From Pirellulales bacterium (lineage in GTDB: Bacteria; Planctomycetota; Planctomycetia; Pirellulales; JADZDJ01), in the NCBI GenBank assembly GCA_963716135.1, contig OY970289.1:4047744-4111743 (forward strand): a DNA stretch of 64,000 nucleotides, read 5' to 3'. This document shows, piece by piece, positions 51,649 to 58,733 of the stretch; position 1 is the first letter of the stretch, and each line of letters begins with the position of its first letter. Under the pieces are notes generated by a model, which saw only the letters and a list, made by a program, of their open reading frames with translations, was not told where the DNA came from and made no database searches. Made by a program: the position numbers and the translations under genes.

Positions 51649-51740
51649 GGAGAGTGTTCCGCGTCTTGGTGGCGCAGCAGCCTTATACCCTGCCGTAGGA
51701 GTCGGCAACCGCCGATAGGGTTCGATTCCCCCTCTCTCCG
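51649..51740 (+). tRNA. second non-canonical class II tRNA-like gene, apparent anticodon UAU (AUA codon); paralogue of the 50546 element
   Basis: It shares the 5' block TCCGCGTCTTGGTGGCGCAGC with element A. Acceptor GGAGAGTG/CTCTCTCC (one U-U mismatch), anticodon stem GCAG/CTGC with loop CTTATAC (C-C closing), variable arm TCGGC-AACC-GCCGA, T-arm GGG-TTCGATT-CCC, discriminator G. Confidence 0.5.
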
Positions 51741-51914
51741 CTAGTCCCGCTAGGACTGGTCGCACGCCCTTAGCAGGGCACGCCGGACCCACGTAGACAA
51801 CTTCACGCCTTCCCGCTTGGCGGCCAGCTCGCAAGCCCTATCTCGGCTCCCGCGCATCGTTCGCCCAATTGGCGAAAACCTACTCGCACGAGCAGGTCCC
51901 GCTACAGTCCGGCC

Positions 51915-52199
51915 ACGATAATAAGCGCCGAGAAGACGCCGCGCTTCAGCACGTCCTATGCGGAACAGTTCAACCTTGGCTTGCGGATGCACGTGCGGCG
52001 ATACACGCGATTGACGAATGCCCACAGCAAAACGGTGCGCCACCCCACGGCGATGACGGCGCTGTTTGTGGCCTTTTACAACTACTGCCGGAACAATTCG
52101 GCTTGCGGTAAGAAAACCGCGCCAGCGATGGCGGCTCGATTGAGCAAACACGTTTGGACGATCAAAGAATTGCTTGAGAGCGCGGCGGTGGTCAGTTAG
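51915..52199 (+). pseudogene. IS1-family transposase C-terminal remnant
   Basis: STSYAEQFNLGLRMHVRRYTRLTNAHSKTVRHPTAMTALFVAFYNYCR...TPAMAARLSKHVWTIKELL matches the conserved C-terminal block of IS1-type (InsB-like) transposases (ER.NL.lR...R..R.t..fSK). No N-terminal or DDE region lies upstream. Confidence 0.6.
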
Positions 52200-52746
52200 C
52201 TGGCTCGCCTGCCATTGTGATCGTCACTTTTCCGGGCAGTCCTGAGTCGAGCTTGGAAACCATCTCGCTAACTTTTTCTTTCGGCCCCCTAACAGTCATT
52301 TGGCATGCCTTGCCATTCTTTACACATCTAGCAGTCATCGATATTCCGGGAACAGATACTGTCGGCTCAGCAACCATAGAGACCAGTTTCGTAGGTTCAA
52401 TCGGCTCCGCCAGCCCCCATTCAAAGGTCAGTGGATCGTCGCTGATTTTGTTGTCAGCCTTAAATTCGCCTAAGCGAACCTGGACATTGAGATTGAGCTG
52501 TTGGCTGATTGCGCCTTTCGCGGCGGCGACTGTTGTTTCGATTTTGGTAAGGCGCTCAATCACTGTTGGGTAGCAGTCCGTTACCTTAGTGATTCCCTTT
52601 AGTTCTGTGTCAATTGATGATAGATGCGAACTTACACTATTGCACCACGTAAACACGGCAATGACAGCCGCCGTAATAAGGCCGCCAATAACTGCATACC
52701 ACATCTGCTTGCCATGAGATTCGCCTTTGGTTCGACCGGTTGCCAT
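52192..52746 (-). CDS. membrane-anchored hypothetical protein
   Basis: 184 aa with a single N-terminal TM (MWYAVIGGLITAAVIAVFTW). AT-richer codon usage than the core genes. No family recognised. Confidence 0.45.
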   Translation of the reverse strand: MATGRTKGESHGKQMWYAVIGGLITAAVIAVFTWCNSVSSHLSSIDTELKGITKVTDCYPTVIERLTKIETTVAAAKGAISQQLNLNVQVRLGEFKADNKISDDPLTFEWGLAEPIEPTKLVSMVAEPTVSVPGISMTARCVKNGKACQMTVRGPKEKVSEMVSKLDSGLPGKVTITMAGEPAN

Positions 52747-53235
52747 AGTGCTACCCCTCAGATTTTAAGCGTAATTGGGCGGGTGGTGTTACAGACTAAC
52801 ACGGCTGTTACGCGTGCAAAGGGCATTTGCTTAACTTTTTTCGGCATTTCTGCATTCGTAAACGAAGGCAATTTGCTGTCATCGGCTTATGCCCGCCTGT
52901 GCGCTTCTAGCGGGACAGTGCCCAGATCCGCCCCGCAAACTCGGGCACATCCGAGTCGTGATAGATCTGTAATTCTTATGAAATGGGATCGCAAGCAACG
53001 ATACCTGCGCGGTCATCACGGTTTAGAAATGCGCGACATGATCGCGATGCCGGGTTCAGGAACTAAATTTCTTTCACTCCTGCGCCATAAATCACGGACG
53101 CGGCTTAGCTAGGCGCTTCCGCTTCCTTCTGGCATCGGCCCCGGCGCAGCTTGCCGAGCTGCCTTTCGGGGCATCCCGATGACGGCCTGCATGCTCGCAG
53201 GTCGTCTTTCTTCCTCTTAGCCTGAGGAGACAGCC

Positions 53236-53391
53236 TTGGATATCACCTTGTTGATTTGCTGTTCGCTGACCTTGCTGTTGGCCGTCGCGGCGCTGGTGCG
53301 CGAGGTGCGCCTGCGACGAGCCCTGCAGGCCTTGTTGGCCCGCATTCTCGCGCTGGAGGGATTATGTCTCACGGAAAACCTTCCGCCCTGA
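53236..53391 (+). CDS. possible 51-aa TM peptide (TTG start)
   Basis: GAGGAG RBS 7 nt upstream of the TTG. LDITLLICCSLTLLLAVAALV then an amphipathic helix. It overlaps the next gene start and is below the ORF-track size cutoff. Confidence 0.3.
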   Translation: MDITLLICCSLTLLLAVAALVREVRLRRALQALLARILALEGLCLTENLPP

Positions 53392-53897
53392 TGATGATCG
53401 CTCTTCTGCTGGCGATGATCGCCGCAGAGGGCTGCGGCAGTGATAGTGATCGAGTGGCCCAGATTGCCCTGGAAGCATCGCAGCGGCAAGCCGCCCAAGA
53501 CCAGGAAATGGCCAAGCTCAACCAAACGGTCGCTGAAGGTACCCGGCAGATGACCGCGGAGCGCGGCGAAGCCAATCGCCAGCTACTGGCCATGGAGCAG
53601 AACCTGCAGACGCAGCGTGATGACCTGGACGCCGAGCGCCGCTCAATGGGCGCTGCACGCCGCCGGGAGTCGCTCTTGGCGCCGGTGCTGACGACGATTG
53701 GGGCACTTATCGTGTGTGCGCTGCCGCTGGTGCTGTGCTGGTATCTGCTGCATGGACTGGGCGCCGAGTCCTCGGAGACCGAGGTGACCGGCATGCTGAC
53801 TGAGCAGCTTTTGCTACGCGACGATCCGCTGCCGCTGGGGCACAGTCCCCTAGCGGAGCTGCCCGGGCCCGATCCTGAGAAGCTTGAAGGGTCGTAG
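53364..53897 (+). CDS. lipoprotein with coiled-coil region and C-terminal TM helix
   Basis: MSHGKPSALMMIALLLAMIAAEGCGSD lipobox. Q/E/R-rich coiled coil. TM LLAPVLTTIGALIVCALPLVLCWYLL. Confidence 0.5.
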   Translation: MSHGKPSALMMIALLLAMIAAEGCGSDSDRVAQIALEASQRQAAQDQEMAKLNQTVAEGTRQMTAERGEANRQLLAMEQNLQTQRDDLDAERRSMGAARRRESLLAPVLTTIGALIVCALPLVLCWYLLHGLGAESSETEVTGMLTEQLLLRDDPLPLGHSPLAELPGPDPEKLEGS

Positions 53898-54012
53898 CTG
53901 GTACCTCGTGCTTTGGCGGCTGTTGCTGTCGGAGCGTTCTCTAGAACGTTTTTACCCAGGCGGTACTGCGCAGCATGCGCCACCGCCGCCACTCAAAAGA
54001 AAGGATTTTGCC

Positions 54013-54195
54013 ATGACCCAGGTCGAGCTGGAACGCGAAGTGGCACAGCACACCGGCGAATCAGTCTGCACGATTCACCGGCGGGGCTTCAGTGTTGCCC
54101 AACCGCATTACCCACCGCCGCTAGTGGTCGATTGGGATCGGCTGGAGGCCGAGCGGCATGGGATGGCCAGGGACCGCAAGGATTCAGCCCGCTGA
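54013..54195 (+). CDS. small (60-aa) protein, paralogue of 56962..57150
   Basis: [26 protein letters not shown]...[15 protein letters not shown] shares T-Q-(V/I), VxQxTGxSV and PPxVVDWxxLxAxR with the ORF at 56962. It lies directly upstream of the Ubl gene. Confidence 0.45.
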   Translation: MTQVELEREVAQHTGESVCTIHRRGFSVAQPHYPPPLVVDWDRLEAERHGMARDRKDSAR

Positions 54196-54259
54196 TTCGG
54201 CTCTTTGTCAGCAAGCGATGCAACTTACTAACTTCCTTTTTCGAAAATCGGAGGCCTGC

Positions 54260-54478
54260 ATGAAGATTTTGTTCATTAACAACGACGGCGGCGGCTTTGC
54301 CGACTACATCGACGTGCCTGCGGGAATCACCGTGGCGACACTCTTCCAAGAGCGGATTCCGCACGGCAAGCCGCAGGACTTCTTGATCCGCGTCAACCGC
54401 CAGCCAGTGGCGGCCGACTATGTGCTGCAGGAAGGGGATCGCTGCAGCTGCAGCCCCACCAAGATCCAAGGTGCCTGA
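54260..54478 (+). CDS. ubiquitin-like beta-grasp protein (ThiS/MoaD-like), C-terminus ...KIQGA
   Basis: 72 aa: [11 protein letters not shown]...[13 protein letters not shown]...[32 protein letters not shown]. ThiS-like pattern (NG..., G.TV..L, VN...V......L.DGD) with a penultimate Gly. Confidence 0.65.
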   Translation: MKILFINNDGGGFADYIDVPAGITVATLFQERIPHGKPQDFLIRVNRQPVAADYVLQEGDRCSCSPTKIQGA

Positions 54479-54561
54479 AAACATTCATTTGAGACCTGCC
54501 TCGGGGCCTGTCGCGCTTCGACGCGGCGGCCCCGCTTTTTTGTATCCCGACGGAGATTGAT

Positions 54562-55601
54562 ATGCCGATTTACCACAAACCGTTTTGGCGCGCAGCAGGC
54601 CTCGTCTGCGGGCAGCTGGCCAAAGCTGCCGCCGGAAGCCAAACCTTCACCTTGCCAACTTCCCAGTGGCAGACACTGGTGAAACTGGTGCGCGATATCC
54701 AGCTGGCCGGCGATCGTGGCTGGCGCCACGCAGCCCGCCGCCGGCACGAGGAATTGCTATCGGAGTTGGACTATTTTGAGCGGTCGATTTCGCAGCTGGT
54801 CGATCAGCGGCGGGACACACGGCCGGCAAACGTGCTGGCTAGCGACACCGAGGTGTACCGAGACCTGGTGGCCTTGGACGGCGAGTTTGCCGAGGTCCGC
54901 TGCGATTTTGAAGAGCAGGTCATCGCCGTTACCACCGATCCGGTGGTGCTGGATGGGATCGACCTAGGCCGTTTCCAGATCCGACTCAATTGGCAGCAGC
55001 TTGGAGATGCCCAGCCCTACACGATCGTGGCGTTGGATCCCAATCCGGCGGCAGCCAACTCCGCCGTCACTCATCCCCATGTGAGCGACGAGATCCTGTG
55101 TGAAGGAGACGGGCGCCGGACGATTCAGGCTGCGCTGCGCAGGGGCGGCTGGCGGATTTCTTTACGATCGTCGATCGCTTGCTGCGCACGTACGCCGAGG
55201 GGAGGGCCTACGTCGAATTGAACAACTGGAACGGCGTCACCTGCCACGATTGCGGCTGCGTGGTTTCGGAAGATGAACGCTGGTGCTGCGAGCGCTGTGA
55301 GGAGACGATCTGCTGCGATTGCGGCGGTTGCTGCCAGCATTGCGATCGGACCTACTGCAGCGGTTGTTCTGCCGAGTGTCCGCTGTGCGAGGGGAGTTGC
55401 TGTGCTAGTTGCTTGGAACGTTGCCCATCGTGTGGGCGGCGTGTTTGTCCCGATTGCCTGTTACCGGACGATAACCACTGCACAAGGTGCCATGAAGAAC
55501 TACAACCACAAACTGAATCTGATGCCCAAGCCGAGCCGGCCCTCCAACCCGAGCCTGCGGTTCACGCCGACGGCCTGGGCCAAGCTGCTGTATCTGCGTG
55601 A
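54562..55601 (+). CDS. E2-like (UBC-fold) protein fused to a C-terminal Cys-rich multi-CxxC domain; apparent 1-nt frameshift near 55139
   Basis: [15 protein letters not shown] gives an HPx motif with a Cys 8 residues downstream, as in E2 enzymes and Prok-E2 families. After the join (..[27 protein letters not shown]..) there is an 85-aa region with about 9 CxxC pairs ([42 protein letters not shown]). The 3' end overlaps the JAB gene by about 110 nt. Confidence 0.65.
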
Positions 55602-56190
55602 CTGTGGTGAAACCGAAGTGGGCGGCTTCGGGATTGCCGAAACGGAGGATCTATTGCTGGTCACTGATTTGACGTTGGTCGACCAGGTCTGCTCCTTTGC
55701 CACGGTAGCGTTTGACGACGCGGCCGTGGCGGATTTGTTTGACGAGCAGGTGGATCTGGGATTGCGCCCGGCACAGTTCGCCCGAATCTGGGCGCATACT
55801 CATCCCGGCGATTCAGCCGATCCAAGTTCCGTCGATGAGGAAACGTTTGGGCGCGTATTTGGCGGAACCGATTGGGCGGTGATGTTCATTCTGGCCCGCG
55901 GCGGAGAAACCTACGCTCGCTTGCGATTCAACAACGGCCCCGGCGGCGCTATCGAACTGCCGGTTCAGGTGGATTACTCGCAGCCTTTTGATGCCAGTGA
56001 CCATGAGGCTTGGGAGGCTGAATATCTGGCGAAGGTGCAGCAGAAAATTTGGCCGCCTGCGGAGAAGGCGCAATTGGATGGAAGCGCCGCCAAAGGCGAT
56101 GTCCACGAAGAAGAGCAGGTGGCCGCGGCGGTTTCGGAATTTTCTGATTGGAACCCTTACTGGATGGAGGATGATCCCTGGTATGACTGA
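55492..56190 (+). CDS. JAB/MPN (JAMM) metallopeptidase
   Basis: EVGGFGIAE ... [23 protein letters not shown] gives E...HxHx7Sx2D, the JAMM zinc site. Confidence 0.8.
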   Translation: MKNYNHKLNLMPKPSRPSNPSLRFTPTAWAKLLYLRDCGETEVGGFGIAETEDLLLVTDLTLVDQVCSFATVAFDDAAVADLFDEQVDLGLRPAQFARIWAHTHPGDSADPSSVDEETFGRVFGGTDWAVMFILARGGETYARLRFNNGPGGAIELPVQVDYSQPFDASDHEAWEAEYLAKVQQKIWPPAEKAQLDGSAAKGDVHEEEQVAAAVSEFSDWNPYWMEDDPWYD

Positions 56191-56839
56191 CCAACTAAAT
56201 CGTTTTGTACGCCAGGCGGAACTGGTACCGATGGACCGACTGGCCCAGGTATCGGCCAGCGTAATCGGCTGCGGCGCCATCGGCCGCCAGGTGGCGCTGC
56301 AGTTGGCTTCAATTGGAATTCGCAAGCTGCAACTGATCGATTTCGACGAAGTGGATGCGACCAACGTCACGACCCAAGGCTACCTGCACGCTGAGATTGG
56401 TATGCCCAAAGTCGTGGCGCTGGCTGCGGCAGTGACGAGGATCGATCCGGAGATCGAGATCCAACAGGTTGACGAGCGGTTTCGCCCAAAGATACCGGTG
56501 GAAGATGCCGTGTTCTGCTGCGTCGATTCGATCGACACACGGGCGGCGATCTGGCGCGCGGTTCAGGGGCGATGCCGGTTTTGGGCGGATGGGCGGATGC
56601 TGGGTGAAGTGATCCGCATTCTGGTTGCAGCAGATCCAGAAGGGCGGCGGCACTACCCGTCGACCTTGTTTGCCGCGGCTGAAGCTCAGCAGGGCAGCTG
56701 TACCGCCCGTAGCACGATCTATTCCGCCAGCGTTGCGGCCGGATTTATGGTCCATCAATTCACGCGCTGGCTTCGGGGACTGCCGGTGGATAAAGACGTT
56801 TCTTTGAATCTGCTGGCCAGTGAGCTGGCCGTGGTCTGA
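56183..56839 (+). CDS. E1-like ThiF-family adenylyltransferase (minimal, 218 aa)
   Basis: [19 protein letters not shown] (GxGxxG), [15 protein letters not shown] (ThiF DxD..N motif). The start ATG overlaps the JAB stop (ATGACTGA). Confidence 0.8.
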   Translation: MTDQLNRFVRQAELVPMDRLAQVSASVIGCGAIGRQVALQLASIGIRKLQLIDFDEVDATNVTTQGYLHAEIGMPKVVALAAAVTRIDPEIEIQQVDERFRPKIPVEDAVFCCVDSIDTRAAIWRAVQGRCRFWADGRMLGEVIRILVAADPEGRRHYPSTLFAAAEAQQGSCTARSTIYSASVAAGFMVHQFTRWLRGLPVDKDVSLNLLASELAVV

Positions 56840-56961
56840 CAGGCAACGCTGGCCGCAGTTCTGGCCGGATCGCAGGTTCGCCTTCGGCCGCTGAGCGCGC
56901 ACGGCTGAGCAACGATCGTACCAAAATTCAACACGCACCCAACTATTTCGGAGGGAAGGAT

Positions 56962-57150
56962 ATGACTGCTACTCAAATCAAGCGCACCGTATCACAAGTC
57001 ACTGGAAAATCAGTGCCTGAATGCGTCCCTCGCGGCTGCTACCTGGTGGGCACACTCAGAGCAGACGATCGCTCCGATACAGCTGATCGGCCGCCGCAGG
57101 TCGTCGATTGGAACGAACTCGATGCCTGGCGCTACAAGTTGACTGAGTAA
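56962..57150 (+). CDS. small (62-aa) protein, paralogue of 54013..54195
   Basis: GGAGGGAAGG RBS; MTATQIKRTVSQVTGKSV...RPPQVVDWNELDAWRYKL. It is the last gene before the operon terminator. Confidence 0.5.
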   Translation: MTATQIKRTVSQVTGKSVPECVPRGCYLVGTLRADDRSDTADRPPQVVDWNELDAWRYKLTE

Positions 57151-57158
57151 AGCACCAA

Positions 57159-57195
57159 GACGCCCAAGTACCACCAGTGCTTGGGTGTCTTTTTT
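57159..57195 (+). terminator. rho-independent terminator of the Ubl operon
   Basis: GACGCCCAAG-N11-CTTGGGTGTC followed by TTTTTT. Confidence 0.7.
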
Positions 57196-57554
57196 AGCTC
57201 TGCCGCGACCTGCTCGTCCGATTGTCAGGACCTTCGCAGCCCGCGGCGGCGGTACTTCCTGACGATCGGCTAACGGCGCACCCGAAGCTCGTCGGTGCTG
57301 GTCGAGGTAGCAGGACCGCCGGGAATTACAGAATCGAGAACCGCTAATTTGACGGCGATGCGGCACTTTGAATTCCGAGATGAGTTAATTGGAATTAGCC
57401 AAATCGGCATTTTGCGCATGTGTCACGCCCGCAACGCTTTCCCACTAAAGGAAGGTTTTCGGGACGCTGAATGTCCCGGGAGGGAGCCGCGAATTTCCTG
57501 AGCCGCTGTCCGTCGGCTACAATCACCCTGCCGTCGCGTGGGGAGGAAATCTCG

Positions 57555-58382
57555 ATGAAACCGCATGAACTGCTTACTGTCTTTCTGAAGGCAATCGGGA
57601 TTTGGTTTTTTGTCAATGGTTTGGAAATGCTACCTGATGCGATGCGCTCCGTTCATAAGTATGACAATGCGGAAGAGTTTTTTTATTTGATGATGGGCAG
57701 TTTCGGTTTTCCCGCAGTTGCGATTATCGCTGGAATGTGGTTGTTTGTCACAACAGATATTTTCGTCGGGCTTGCATTCCCCAACGCGATCTTGGCGGAC
57801 GTTAAGAATACCAAACGTGATTTGGCTCCGAGTGTACCGTACCCCGATCTCTTGTCGGTCGTATTGAAAGCAATTGGAGCATTTAAGATTGTGCATGGAA
57901 TTGCAACAGTGCCGTTAGATATTGTGATTGCTCATCGACCAGCGAAGTTCGAACCATTCTTTTATTGGATAATCGATTCTTTCGGATTCGCAGCAATCTC
58001 AATCATTTTTGGTTTCTGTTTGGTGTTCAAAACAGGTTGGTTTGTGCGGTTTGCATATCCAGAGGCCAATCCTGCAAATAGCGGCGAAACAAAAGGAGAC
58101 GTTCTGACGAATTCATCGCATGAATTGCTCGGAGTCATTACGAAAGCGCTGGGAGTCTGGTTCCTTGTTTATGGGGTGGCGAGGTTGCCAAGTAAAATTA
58201 ACCGTGCTTTTATTGTCCCAACTGTGGAACCACTTCTTCCCACAATTCGGGACACGATCGCGCCTCCAGCAATTGTGATCATCTGTGGCTGCGTGTTGTT
58301 TTTCGCCACGAATTGGGTCGTGGGATTGGCGTTTCCTGAACCCGTTCCAGCGGAAGACGATGAAACAATCGACAGCGCGTAG
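57555..58382 (+). CDS. membrane protein built from three about 90-aa internal repeats (2 TM each)
   Basis: Repeat starts HELLTVFLKAIGIWFFVNG / PDLLSVVLKAIGAFKIVHG / HELLGVITKALGVWFLVYG. Each repeat ends (W)FVxxA(F/Y)P(E/N). AT-richer than the core genes. Confidence 0.6.
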   Translation: MKPHELLTVFLKAIGIWFFVNGLEMLPDAMRSVHKYDNAEEFFYLMMGSFGFPAVAIIAGMWLFVTTDIFVGLAFPNAILADVKNTKRDLAPSVPYPDLLSVVLKAIGAFKIVHGIATVPLDIVIAHRPAKFEPFFYWIIDSFGFAAISIIFGFCLVFKTGWFVRFAYPEANPANSGETKGDVLTNSSHELLGVITKALGVWFLVYGVARLPSKINRAFIVPTVEPLLPTIRDTIAPPAIVIICGCVLFFATNWVVGLAFPEPVPAEDDETIDSA

Positions 58383-58733
58383 CCCGGTTTATCGGCCTAC
58401 AGTGCCATAATTGTGTTTCCGAGACGGAATTCGTGTGCCGGGAACTCACCCGTTTGATGACACCGGCCGGTTGGCCCGACTGCGCCGCAGAATTCGTGGG
58501 CGGCCGCTTCAGCAACGAACGATTTCCATTACCTAGGGTGGCTTGGCGGCAATCGAACCTGATCAGGTAATAGGTCCGTTTGAGGCTCGGCGAATTCTTT
58601 TGTTCTTCATAAATCACGCGCACCAAATAACCGGCAGCGACCTGCAGCGTTTGCCGCGGCGGCAATCCGTAGTTCGTTAGCCCGCGGCAATATGGTAGAA
58701 TCTGCCTTGGGCCAGACGCCGCGTTAAAATCCC

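Noticed and set aside
52624-53230. ORF 52624..53112 (+) and short minus-strand ORFs in the 52.75-53.23 kb gap.
   Set aside because: They have no RBS or family signal and are interrupted by stops in every frame. This is probably decayed or non-coding island DNA.
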